A stretch of DNA of 63,897 nt, the filler included, from Octopus bimaculoides (lineage: Eukaryota): NCBI RefSeq assembly GCF_001194135.2. It is 6 parts of 5 records of this genome, joined end to end, with 100 filler letters (N's around TTAATTAATTAA, not from the genome) between each part and the next. Parts side by side here need not be neighbours in the genome. Positions count along the whole stretch, not along the records: positions 1 to 31,125 come from NC_068999.1; 5 more parts are not named here. One strand, given 5' to 3'. Made by a program: the position numbers and the translations under genes. Shown piece after piece: positions 1 to 12,900 of the stretch. The notes under the pieces were generated by a model. The model was given only the letters and a program-made list of their open reading frames with translations, was not told where the DNA came from and searched no databases. The first letter of the stretch is position 1; each line of letters begins with the position of its first letter.

Positions 1-3
1 ATA

Positions 4-57
<54 letters not shown>

Positions 58-1755
58 TGTATGCATGTATGTATGTATATCATATACGCACACGAATACA
101 GTCTTTCTCTGAATCACATACAAATTTATACACACTTTCACACCTCCGAACGTACACATTTCTCACCTCTCACCGCAACCCCTGGCACGTGCACGCACAT
201 ATATATGGTGTGTATTGATGCACGTATTCGAAATCGTCTGTATGTAGTTGGTATGTATGGATGGTAAGATACTACAGAGACTGAGATAAAATAGGGAGAA
301 CGTGTGTTTGCATCTGCGGGAACATTTGGTATAAACATTGTATGTTCATCATTTGAGTTTGATCGAAAGATTTGTATGTATGAACACTGGTATATGACCA
401 TTTGCGATGGAGAGAAATGCTATTACTGCACCGCATTGCTTTCTACGTTTGAAAGGAGAATTGCCGCCTTTCAATTATATCAATTCATTAGAAATGAGAG
501 TTAAAGTTACCGATATCATGAGTCAGATAAGACTCGTATTTCACTTTTTCTCCTAATTTATATATGATCTTATGCGTAAAACTCTCTATCTAGTTCTATC
601 TCTCTCCCCGTTCACAAATACAAACAGAGACACACATATATCCGTATGTGTGTGTATGTGTGTATCTGAATTTAAGTAGGTATATGTGTACGTATGCACG
701 CGCGTGCGTGATTGCATTATGTATGCGTGTATGTATGTATGTATATATATATATATATATATATNNNNNNNNNNNNNNNNNNNNNNNNNNNNNNNNNNNN
801 NNNNNNNNNNNNNNNNNNNNNNNNNNNNNNNNNNNNNNNNNNNNNNNNNNNNNNNNNNNNNNNNNNNNNNNNNNNNNNNNNNNNNNNNNNNNNNNNNNNN
901 NNNNNNNNNNNNNNNNNNNNNNNNNNNNNNNNNNNNNNNNNNNNNNNNNNNNNNNNNNNNNNNNNNNNNNNNNNNNNNNNNNNNNNNNNNNNNNNNNNNN
1001 NNNATATATATATATATATATATATACATATTGTTTGTGCGTTTACTTACACGTAGCATATAACAGAGAAATAATCAGCTAATGAGTTGAATACTGATGC
1101 AAATATACAGATGTCCTGCGAAGAGGTAAATTGCGATACACAGTATATATATTTACTATATGTCGTAAACTAACAGTCACTTCCTCATATTTGTTCAATT
1201 CGCAGACAAAAATTCATGGGAATCTCTCCCGTAGCGTTGTTATGAACTTCAAGAGATTAAATGTCTTGCTTACAGGAACAGCTAACAATATATTCTTCCC
1301 AGTTTCATCTGTATTTATGTACTATATAGCTGCTGGATTTTATTTCAGTCTTTCAATTTATTGCGTTACTTAGAAGACCACGAAGAAACACATTCTTTTT
1401 CATAAACTTTCTCACAGTTACGATATATCTGTGATATATATGACAACATCTGATATGAAAATGGCAATACTCTGTTGACAGATGTTGATCGATGTAAATT
1501 ATACTGTCCTGATATCAACAAATGTTGCGTAGTTTTCGGCTAGAAGGTTAGTTGTTCATATGGCAGAAAGGAATAGTTTAGGTTAGTTAAAATATGTTTA
1601 ACTTGATAACAGCTACAGCGCTACAAATGCCTCTGTAAATCCGACTACAGACAGCACTGTACAGATATGGTGGTTTTACACCTGTTTACCAAAAGAGACA
1701 TTTCTTCCCCCACGTTAACTGCAGTGAATTTGTCTTCAGAATTTGAAATATGTCA

Positions 1756-1920
1756 CATTCTGAGTTCTAATTCCGCCGAGATCGACTTTGCCTTTCAACG
1801 TTTCAAGATCGGTAAATTAAGTACCAGTTACGCACTGGGATCTATGTAATTGACTTCATCCATTTGTCGATCCTTGTTTGTCCCCTCTACGTTTAGCCCC
1901 CTGTGGGCAATAAAGAAATA
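1756..1920 (+). mobile_element. SINE family B, 5'-truncated copy with tail type b
   Basis: B-box-like GAGTTCTAATTCC, core GATCGACTTTGCCTTTCA..GGTAAATTAAGTACCAGTTACGCACTGGG, tail TTGTTTGTCCCCTCT..CAATAAAGAAATA; matches the reverse complement of 41364-41594. Confidence 0.85.
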
Positions 1921-2433
1921 AATTAAGTACCAGTGGAGTACATGGGTCTCACAAAATTTCAGGCCCTGTGCGTGTAACGGAAAGAATATTTATGTTTTTA
2001 TTGACTAATTTCAAAATCTGTTGTTGAATACATTAGGGAAAATTATGAGTGTATGAGTGTATTTCGAAATATTAAAATAAATAAAAAAGACAATGAAGTA
2101 GCTAAATGTTCAGTTGGTATTGCAGCAGTAAATATTTCAGATTATTATCTTCTTAGATTAAACAACAACATTTATACATGGTTAGAGTTTGTACAACAAA
2201 ATCAGGGATATTAGTCTCAAACACTGGCACACCGCCTTGATGATTTTCGACACACAATACAACCACCGTGGTTATGTTTTAGCCTCGTACTTATTCTACA
2301 GGCTATTTTGACGATACGGGAATGTGAACAAACCATCGACTATTTTCAAAGAAAACACATCAATATATATATATACATATGTGTGTGTGTGTGTTTGTAA
2401 GTGTGTGTTTGCGTGTATGTGCATGTGTGTGTA

Positions 2434-2517
<84 letters not shown>

Positions 2518-4997
2518 GGTGTGTGTGTGTGTCTGTGTGTGTGTGCGTGTGTCTGTGTGTGTGTGTGCGTGCGTGCGTGTCAGTATGTATGCACGTGCAT
2601 ATTTTCGGTTAGGGTTGGCATATGTTTATTCACATAACAGTGCTTCAGTATATTTACTGGATGTTTCTGGGAGATTGAGCTACAACTATTGACTACACCT
2701 TGTCTCCGAAATCGACGTTGGTGAGGATTATGAAATTACACGCAAGTGTATAGTTAACACATGTCTAAAGAGCATCTGCAAAGGGATGTTTCATAGCGCT
2801 CACCCTTAGAGTACTTATGATGCTGGAGGAGAGGCAATATTCAGTAAAAAAAAGACCAGTGAGATTTTGTGTTATAATTTGGGAATTTTCTTGCGCACAA
2901 TTTCATTCAACATGGATGAGTGGCGTGTTCAATCTAGTTTGGACGTTAGAAATTATCAATTTGATTATTTTCTGGATCAGAACATTTTAGCGATGCGGTA
3001 GTAATGTTTTAGATGCGTGATTCCATTGTAAAAGGAAGTTGAATACTGTTTGCGATGTTTGCGCAATTGTTTCTGTTTACGATTGAAGCAGAGAACACAA
3101 ACATCAGTTTATCGGAACATGTTTGCTAGTTTAATCTTTATGGAGGTTTCAGATTTAGTATAATGTATCCAGAGAATAAATTGACTAGCCTCGGATGCGG
3201 AATCAAATGCTCACGAATTTGAGTTATTCGGTGTATGAGAAATATGTTCTTTTGTATATATGAGAATGAAGGATAATCCATATGTATAAGTATAACAGTT
3301 TAGATATAGCCTGGATCAGACGATAAGTAAAGATAAAGATAGCTGGTAGTCAACGATCAAGAGAGATTAGCATGAACCCCCAAATTTGGCAGTTGGCACA
3401 TGAGAATGTTATTGTAAATATATAGCTACTAAGAGTAGTAACACATCTGTTACCAGTTTTCTTAAGGGTGATTCAGCAAGTAAACAGACGAAAGTATATC
3501 TCCAAGCGATATTACTTTACGTAAACCATTCATTTAGGTAGTGATGAAGAAGGGATAGATATTGAAACTTAGAATGTGATTTTGTCATTGACAGTTTCAT
3601 TCGCTTTGTATTTTGGAAATGAGTTAATACAATAATTTTAACATCGGAGCGGTTTACACTGTTGAAAATGGTACTGAATGCATGGATTATTCAAAATTTA
3701 GAATCATGCTTCGGGAAAGGGAAACGGGAATCAAAATGTTTGAAGAGGATAAACGCGAGTTCAGGTACGAGTTATTTGTGGTTAATTAAAAGGATACTTC
3801 AATTGCAGCTAATGATGCTGGTTTGAAATGACAGGATGAACTTTCTTGCGTGACTTGTATATGGGAGATTTGTTAAAATTTTACGTCTTTGAAAGGGGCA
3901 GTTTCGGAAGAGATTCATAATACGCTGAACTTTCAATTTTGAATGAATCCTTCACTGAAATTATTCTTTCTCTGTGTATTTTTGTTGATTAAAATCTAAC
4001 AGCAATCCACTCGTTATTTGCAAAGATGAGATTATTGATTGTACTAAGCGAAGGATTTCTACAGGGAATGTTGGATTTTATTGAATTAATTTGCAGTAGA
4101 ACCACTACACATACGACCACAGACATAGCGTTAATTTATCACTGAATAACAAGACTAAATCATATGTGCTCCATTATCCATGCTGTGTTATTTACATCTA
4201 TTTTCCATCAGAAACCAAAGATATTCACTCTACTTTCACACACATACAAGCGCGCATACGTATACATATAGGTATATACATTTGCATACATACAAACATA
4301 CATGTATGTATATATGCATATATACATACACACATACATACATACATACAAATATAAATATATATATGTATGTATGTGTGTATGTATGGGTGTATGCAAA
4401 TTTCTATACGTATATTTATATGTGTGCGCGCTCGTGTGTGTGTGAAATTAGTCTGAAGAACTGATAGACGATCTCATACAGTTCAATTTATGTGAATTTG
4501 TGTTTGAATTTAAGATTATTTTCTATGTAAATTCCATCCATTCCGTGCAAGTATGAACATTCTTTTTATCGATACTTCCTGTTGGTTCTACATTTATTTT
4601 TCTCCTATCAATAACTGAATATCCTGCTGCGACTGCAACTTGTTTTATGCAAAACAGTTTTAAACATAACAAAATATCATAGTTGTTATTGAATATTCTC
4701 CAATATAAGACCATAGAAATTTACGATACAAAATAATATTCAGTATATTGTAAGTTGCTGCAGTTAATGTTGCTTATTCCCTTTCCAAAAAGACCAATGA
4801 TCAATTGCATTCTAGACATGACTAACCTGAAAGAACCTCTCGTATAGTACAACTTATTTTAAGATATTTTGAACACGTAACTATGGCATTAGCAGGTATA
4901 TCTGCCGGGGTTGCATATAAATTCACCCGGTTATTGTTTCGAACCTCAAGCGCTCGAAATACACTCCACCCATGCATACTTATTATAAACTATATAT

Positions 4998-5380
4998 ATG
5001 TTGGCACTCCGTCGCTTACGACATCGAGGGTCCCAGCTAATATGATCAATGGAACAGCCTGCACATAAAATTACCGTGCAAGTGGCTGAGCACTCCACAC
5101 AAACGTGCACCCTTAACGTAGTTCTCGGGGATATTCAGCGTGACACAGTGTGACAAGACTGACCCTCTGAAATACAGGAACAACAGCAACAGGAAGAAAG
5201 AGTGTGAGAAAGTTGTGGTTAAAGAGTACAGCAGGGTTCACCACCATCCCCTGCCGGAGCCTCGTGGAGCTTTAGGTGTTTTCGCTCAATAAACACTCAC
5301 AACGTCCGGTCTGGGAATCGAAACAGCGATCCTATGACCGCGAGTCCGCTGACCTAACCGCTGGGACATTGCGCCTCCAC
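4998..5380 (-). mobile_element. SINE family C (tRNA-derived, ~385 bp), full length with 16-bp TSD
   Basis: Colinear with 37793-38177; tRNA-like head on minus; perfect direct repeat ATTATAAACTATATAT at 4982-4997 and 5381-5396. Confidence 0.92.
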
Positions 5381-6177
5381 ATTATAAACTATATATTGGA
5401 ATAATAGAATGTATCCACACACACACACACACATTCTATTATAGGAATGATATTTGGTTGTCTTTCCTTATGCTCATGCATCTGAGCGTAGGCCCTCTTG
5501 TTAATCGAATTAATTCACAGCAGAATGAATAGAATATATCTTATATCAAGAGGAATTATTCAATATATTTCATTTAACGTTTATATAAATTTACAAGGAC
5601 CCTTCGCAGGAAATGAATATGTAAATCTAGGAATTATTTTTCTTGGATGGGGATAGCCCATGCAATAACTCATGAGAACGTGGTATATAAGTGAATTATA
5701 AACAGGGATAACACTATCCGTTTAGTGTGTATCAGCAACCAATCGAGTTAAGTAGAGAATCTTTACGCATAGGCACAAAGTTACTCAACGTGGGGAAGTT
5801 ATTCTTTCTACCACCTCAGCAGAATATACTTTTTCCTTAAATTCCTTGAAAAGTCCTTACATTACACAATCACAGCTATATCTGAATTTAACTAAGTAGA
5901 AAATAAAAGGCCTACAAGCAGTGTCCATGTGAGTCTTTCGACATTCTACTTATCAATATGGTACACATTCTAAACAAACGCGAAAATCTGTAAACATAAA
6001 TAGAAATTAATTTTCCATAAAATTTCTAAAAATACTCAACTTAATAATTTTATTTAGATAGCAACACACCCTCCCCTCTAATGCTGTATTACTAATCACT
6101 ACCTTTCGTTCTTATTCATTTCAAACAATTATTTTCTTCATTCGTCGTCATCATTATCAAAATCATTATCATTATAT

Positions 6178-6335
6178 GAGGCGATCTTACAGAATAGCGT
6201 GCTGTACAAAATGCTTGGCAGCATTTCGTCTGTCTTTCCACTCAAATTTCGCCGACGCTGATATTACATTTCATTCTCTTTTATCCATGGATTAAAAACC
6301 AATTCTACACTGGAGTCAATGTAATAGATAAGCTT
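6178..6335 (+). mobile_element. SINE family B, decayed
   Basis: AAAATGCTTGGCAGCATTTCGTCTGTCTTT..CAAATTTCGCCGA and CACTGGAGTCAAT resemble 24104-24320. Confidence 0.6.
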
Positions 6336-6387
6336 CGTCATCCAGACTTTTCCACCTCGTAGAAAGGAATATTATTATTAATCTTAT

Positions 6388-6580
6388 GGAGGTAGCAGAA
6401 CTGTTAGCAGGCCGAACAAGATGCTTAGCGGCATTTCGCCCATGTTGACTTTCTGAATTCAAATTTCGCCAAGATCGACTTTGTTCTTCATACTTTCGGT
6501 GTCACTAAAATAAGTACCAATTGAACACTAGGGTTGAAACAATTGACATGCCCCTTCTCCGAAATCCCTCACTTTGTGCC
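6388..6580 (+). mobile_element. SINE family B, decayed, tail type a
   Basis: GCAGAACTGTTAGCA..ATGCTTAGCGGCATTTCG..GATCGACTTTG..AAAATAAGTACCA..CTTTGTGCC. Confidence 0.8.
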
Positions 6581-6981
6581 AGTCTTTTAAATGAATATTA
6601 TGTCCACGAAACATTCCTCAAATATATAAACACACACACATATATGTATATATAACAGAAGTAGGTTTCAAAGAAAAAAATACGACGCGTGGTATAAATA
6701 GGGGGAAAGTAAAAAGAAAACAAAATGCACATTAGATATAAAACAATAAAGGCTTTTTTAAAGAAAAGCAAATATATATACGTACAGTTAGATGATTTGA
6801 GGTGGAATTATGAAGTATAAAAGTCATCATTATGAATCATTATAGAGATTCAAAGTCATACCGGTATCATCAGAGCTCATCACTGATTTCCAAAAGGAAG
6901 GTAAGCAGATCTGGAAATGATGCAATAAAGGTGGATATAAATACAGCTTCAGGAGATATATGTGCATATATATATGTGTGC

Positions 6982-7050
<69 letters not shown>

Positions 7051-7053
<3 letters not shown>

Positions 7054-7177
7054 GGTTCTCACAAAGTCTGGGTACATAAGGATTAACACATAATTTAAGA
7101 AATTATTGTTTCTTATATCTAATTATTTATATTATGATTTTATTTACTCCATTTACCCAGAAGTTGTGGATACCCTG
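7051..7177. mobile_element. Tc1/mariner-type MITE (~127 bp)
   Basis: Imperfect 24-bp TIRs (CAGGGTTCTCACAAAGTCTGGGTA and TACCCAGAAGTTGTGGATACCCTG), TA on the right flank, AT-rich interior; second inverted copy at 41923-42031. Confidence 0.8.
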
Positions 7178-7631
7178 TATATATACTTATATTTGCGCAA
7201 GGTTGGTATGTCTAAATTTCTATACCTGTGTTTAAGAAGCATCTCCTCGCGTTCTTTGCCGGTGAATCACTAGAACCCAAACCCATAACGGAACATTTCA
7301 ATTGACGTGAACTGTACTATACGACCTTTACTCATTTTCTCTATCGTTCTTTTTAATGTTATTGCTTCTGCTTATTAAATATCTGGTCCACTAAAGCCCT
7401 TTCAAGTATTTCAAATTTCTCTTTTAGTTTATTCTTTTTCATCTTTTTTACTCTCTAGGAACCCAATATTATATTGCACTTCGGCTGGATTACATTTTCT
7501 CCCTTCTCCTTTCATTTATGTATATACGTTTTTTTTCTTTTTTTTCCTTTTCTCGCCATCTCCACAATTCTACTACGCTCACTTCTTTCTTCTACTAATA
7601 CATATTTTTTCTGCTTTTACTTTCAGATTTT

Positions 7632-7683
7632 GACCATCCACCTTCACATCTTTCTTCTTCTTCTTCTTCTTCTTCTTCTTCTT

Positions 7684-7714
<31 letters not shown>

Positions 7715-7979
7715 TTCTTCTTCTTCTTTTTCTTCTTCTTCTTTTTCTTCTTCTTCTTCTTCTCCTTCTTCTTCTTCTTCTTCTTCTTCTTCTTCTTCTT
7801 CTTCTTCTTCTTCTTCTTCTTCTTCTTCACTTTCCTCCTCCTCATCCCCCTCTTACTCCCCCTTCACCTGCCCCAGCCTCGCATTCTTTCCTGTTCAGAT
7901 TTATTGACCACTTAAACGTCCATTTTAATACTTTTTTATTTACTTGATTCTCCTCCCTATCTTTTCTCTNNNNNNNNNN

Positions 7980-8010
<31 letters not shown>

Positions 8011-8265
8011 TTCTTCTTCTTCTTTTTCTTCTTCTTCTTTTTCTTCTTCTTCTTCTTCTCCTTCTTCTTCTTCTTCTTCTTCTTCTTCTTCTTCTTCTTC
8101 TTCTTCTTCTTCTTCTTCTTCTTCACTTTCCTCCTCCTCATCCCCCTCTTACTCCCCCTTCACCTGCCCCAGCCTCGCATTCTTTCCTGTTCAGATTTAT
8201 TGACCACTTAAACGTCCATTTTAATACTTTTTTATTTACTTGATTCTCCTCCCTATCTTTTCTCT
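7632..8265. repeat. (CTT)n microsatellite plus flank, duplicated on both sides of a 10-N gap
   Basis: Sequence ~7680-7969 reappears identically at 7980-8265. Confidence 0.9.
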
Positions 8266-8407
8266 TCACTATCTCAGTCTTTTTCTTTCATCTTTGTATC
8301 TATCTCTCCCTTGATTTCTCATGTTTCTCTAACGCCCCTATACATTTATCTAACATATTTGCTTAAAGATGGATTCTCTAGAGAGCGTCACGATAACTTC
8401 GTATGCT

Positions 8408-8470
8408 TTACTTGTTTCAGTCATTGTCCCATGTTGGAGCACCTTTAATGGCTTTACAGAACTATTCTAC
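8408..8470 (-). mobile_element. SINE family A 3' tail, decayed
   Basis: TTACTTGTTTCAGTCATTG..CCATGTTGGAGCACC matches 39541-39585. Confidence 0.65.
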
Positions 8471-8734
8471 CCTAGTATTTCATCACATTATGGTCTACCG
8501 GTCGGCTGCGTAATGTTATGGTGAAGTGTGAGAGCGTGTCACCAGCCTTCTTCCACACGCACATACTTGCCCTCTTATGCACACGGACGCGCATCTTCAT
8601 TTTGGGATCACCACTACTTTATTATCTCCCCTTCTTCCTAGCTCTCCTGTGTGACCGTTCTGTCCGCCATTCGCCATGATAGATAGCTAGTGACTACACA
8701 TTCTTAATTTTCTCTCCTTGTTTCTCTCTGTGTT

Positions 8735-8771
8735 CCTTTCTGTGGAAGAGCGTAGGATCGAAACGTTAAGG
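8735..8771 (+). ncRNA. Degenerate minimal type I hammerhead-like motif
   Basis: CCTTT CTGTGGA A GAGC-GTAG-GATC GAAA CG TT AAGG; two core substitutions and one helix II mismatch. Confidence 0.3.
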
Positions 8772-9652
8772 TCCTTTTCACTTCCCGAGCGTTAAATTAA
8801 TACATCTGTTTGTTGTCTACACTACTTGTCTACGTCTATTTTTTTGGTGAATTCTGCCTATATATATAGGGGGGGGGGTTGTGTGTATACGGAGGGAGTG
8901 TTCCTGTGTGGGCACATGTATAACAGATAAATCCACCGAGCCACAGACGGAAGAAGCCAGCGCTGAAACAGATATGAAAATATGATTTTCCTTTTAACTC
9001 CTGGTTTTTCTTAATGCTTCAGTATTACTGTGAACGAAAATTGAATACTTCCCTCCCCACAGCAATGTTACTTTGCACTTTTTGACATTTCCTATGAATA
9101 AAGGNNNNNNNNNNNNNNNNNNNNNNNNNNNNNNNNNNNNNNNNNNNNNNNNNNNNNNNNNNNNNNNNNNNNNNNNNNNNNNNNNNNNNNNNNNNNNNNN
9201 NNNNNNNNNNNNNNNNNNNNNNNNNNNNNNNNNNNNNNNNNNNNNNNNNNNNNNNNNNNNNNNNNNNNNNNNNNNNNNNNNNNNNNNNNNNNNNNNNNNN
9301 NNNNNNNNNNNNNNNNNNNNNNNNNNNNNNNNNNNNNNNNNNNNNNNNNNNNNNNNNNNNNNNNNNNNNNNNNNNNNNNNNNNNNNNTTTATATTGAGAA
9401 TCATTTTCATAATTTATTATTAAAATGACTCTTGTGTCCAGATGCCAATATGTCACATTTTCAGTTATTAAATATGGATTAAATATAATGAAATACATCT
9501 GCATATTTCTATATATATTACTGATACTACACATTTCAATGTCAGTATTTCTGTTTTCACTTCCGTATATATACATTGAAGCATAAATAAATAACGATGT
9601 CTACACCAATAAAACTACCTTCTAAGCGATGTGTGTGTATGTGTGTGTGTGT

Positions 9653-9696
<44 letters not shown>

Positions 9697-10192
9697 GTAC
9701 ATGTATATAAACATGCGTAGATATATAAGTATGTATATATGAATGTATGTATATATGTATGCATGCATTAATGTATATCTACATAACGGAAAGCTAGAGA
9801 GGTGAAGGAATATTTTAATTCATTGGCAACAAATATATCGGTATGTATAAATATGTCTATATGGTGAGTTCTTACGAGGAATATATGCGTATCTTTAATA
9901 AAATATAAATACAGTTATGTAAATTTGTATTTATTGTATATACATTCGAGTATGAGCATGCTTCAGTGTATGGAAGTGCAATTGCATAGAAGTGAGAAAT
10001 ATGAAACAGATTTTGGTGTGTGTATGCATGGATAACCATTTGGAGGTAATATTAATGTATACCGATATTGCTAAGTTCATCTACCGCATTTAGCTGCACA
10101 TATTATAGCACATATACAGTTATATCGAAATATTCATCTTGTTTCTCGGTACCACACATTTTTTTTCTTCCTATTTGTATTATACACATACG

Positions 10193-10253
<61 letters not shown>

Positions 10254-10411
10254 TCCAACACATGGATATTCTGAGAGATAGATACATGCATATGCCTAGA
10301 TACAAGTATATACATACATACGCACGCAGACATATACATATATGTATGCATGTATTCATTTATATACATATGTACTGTATCTAAGTGTTTGTCTATATAT
10401 ATATACATGCA

Positions 10412-10451
<40 letters not shown>

Positions 10452-12715
10452 NNNNNNNNNNNNNNNNNNNNNNNNNNNNNNNNNNNNNNNNNNNNNNNNN
10501 NNNNNNNNNNNNNNNNNNNNNNNNNNNNNNNNNNNNNNNNNNNNNNNNNNNNNNNNNNNNNNNNNNNNNNNNNNNNNNNNNNNNNNNNNNNNNNNNNNNN
10601 NNNNNNNNNNNNNNNNNNNNNNNNNNNNNNNNNNNNNNNNNNNNNNNNNNNNNNNNNNNNNNNNNNNNNNNNNNNNNNNNNNNNNNNNNNNNNNNNNNNN
10701 NNNNNNNNNNNNNNNNNNNNNNNNNNNNNNNNNNNNNNNNNNNNNNNNNNNNNNNNNNNNNNNNNNNNNNNNNNNNNNNNNNNNNNNNNNNNNNNNNNNN
10801 NNNNNNNNNNNNNNNNNNNNNNNNNNNNNNNNNNNNNNNNNNNNNNNNNNNNNNNNNNNNNNNNNNNNNNNNNNNNNNNNNNNNNNNNNNNNNNNNNNNN
10901 NNNNNNNNNNNNNNNNNNNNNNNNNNNNNNNNNNNNNNNNNNNNNNNNNNNNNNNNNNNNNNNNNNNNNNNNNNNNNNNNNNNNNNNNNNNNNNNNNNNN
11001 NNNNNNNNNNNNNNNNNNNNNNNNNNNNNNNNNNNNNNNNNNNNNNNNNNNNNNNNNNNNNNNNNNNNNNNNNNNNNNNNNNNNNNNNNNNNNNNNNNNN
11101 NNNNNNNNNNNNNNNNNNNNNNNNNNNNNNNNNNNNNNNNNNNNNNNNNNNNNNNNNNNNNNNNNNNNNNNNNNNNNNNNNNNNNNNNNNNNNNNNNNNN
11201 NNNNNNNNNNNNNNNNNNNNNTATATATATATATATATGCATGCTATATTTGATACTGTGTCTGTATATTTAATGTGTATAGATATATATGTGGTTTCTA
11301 TCATATACTAGTTTTATTGAAGATTTATTTCCAAATTTTATTACTGCAGTCTGGCTGTCATTTGAAATGTTCTCTTCTTGTTACTTCTGACGTTTTTCTA
11401 ATGATATATTCTGGAACCATTTCAATTGGCACAGTCTTGTTGCGCTACACTGAAATTTGTAAAGAAATCATTTATTGAATCCGATAAGTTGATTCAGGAA
11501 AACGGTAAATATTCAATACAACCTTAGATCTGATGTTTTGTTGTGTTATAGTTGTTTATAAAATAAGTAACTCCAATCGTTGTATCACGTTCGACTGCTT
11601 TTAATACTGTAGGAATAACTAACAAGCAATTTAAACTGCACATGTTCTATTTCTTTGTTAAAATCATGATCAATAGATTCAAACAAAACACAGTCCAAGA
11701 TAATAATGGCTAATTGAACAGGATGGGTTAATCGATTAGACCGACACCATTATTTTACTGGTATTTAATTTATTGACCACGAATGATTAAATCTTATGAC
11801 GAACACGCCAGCATTTAATAGGAAAAGTTTTAGGGAAACCGGTCTATTAGTTCCATATATTAGATATCAATTATACTAACCCAGACTGAAATCTAAATAA
11901 AAACTTACGTAGGAGTTTTCTTGACCAATTTGATTAAGCTGTTTTTAAAGCAATATTTTATCTGTGTATACTCTATACACCAAGGCAGCGAGAGGAATTC
12001 CAACGTTGTCCCTTTTAGCGTACGGCACCGTTGTGAAAGAAAACGGAGATGATGAATGTTGTAGAAACTCTGATCGTCTGAATTTTTGCCAGGATCAGTG
12101 CAAGCACAACATTTTCTGATGAACTTCCAATTTCTTCCAAGAAATTCTAGCGCTAAAAAATGGAAATATCGTTGCTATTTCTAACAACTCACAACTGAAG
12201 TGATGGCGGAGAGATTCGAGCGAAGGTCTTGAATAAATGTAACTGAAAGACTGGTGTTGTTTTATGCCGTAACGCTACCGATTCTATTCATCTTGGATGG
12301 ATGTATATAGTCGATCACAGTTCATTGAATTAAAGAATAATTTCCTGAGCATTGCACAAACATGTGCTCTATTACCCGCAACATTATGGTAGAATCCATG
12401 TGCGTGGCAATGTTGTAATCCGAAATGCAGTTGCAAAACATTCGGCAATTTTCTAAAGAATTTCCGTCTACTGAGTTTTAGTCAGAAAGTGCAGGTCGTC
12501 CTTAGGCTATAAACTGTTAGATTAGTCCAATAACAGTGGGACCAAACACATTTGAGGTTGCCAAATTATCTGTTTAAATATTAGGCGATACATAGAATGA
12601 TGTAGTATGCGATGACATACACGAAAAGAGTTAAATTTGAACATTGAATGGTCAGCTGCTTCGATTCAAAAACAAATTTAAGATTTCAGTCCAATATTTT
12701 GGCTTCCTTTTTTTC

Positions 12716-12900
12716 AAGGCAGCGAGGGGGCCGAATCATGGCCACGCCCAGGAAATGCTTCATTTTCACGCCTTCCCAGGTTATCTTCTGAGTTCAAGTA
12801 CCGTCGTGATCGACTTACCTTTCTTTCTTCCACGCTCGATAAAATAAGTACCACTTGAATTCTGCGGTCAATACAAATTATTTACCCCGTCCCAAAATAA
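12716..12900 (+). mobile_element. SINE family B, highly decayed
   Basis: AAGGCAGCGAG..TTCTGAGTTCAAG..GATCGACTTACCTTT..CGATAAAATAAGTACCA. Confidence 0.65.

Noticed and set aside
21-1082. ORFs such as MYVCMYV.., YIYIY.., CVCVC.., HTHTH.. here and throughout the window
   Set aside because: Translations of dinucleotide microsatellites and N gaps
7474-8243. Poly-Leu/poly-Lys ORFs appearing as a duplicated gene
   Set aside because: (CTT)n repeat; the duplication flanks a 10-N gap and is most likely an assembly overlap artefact
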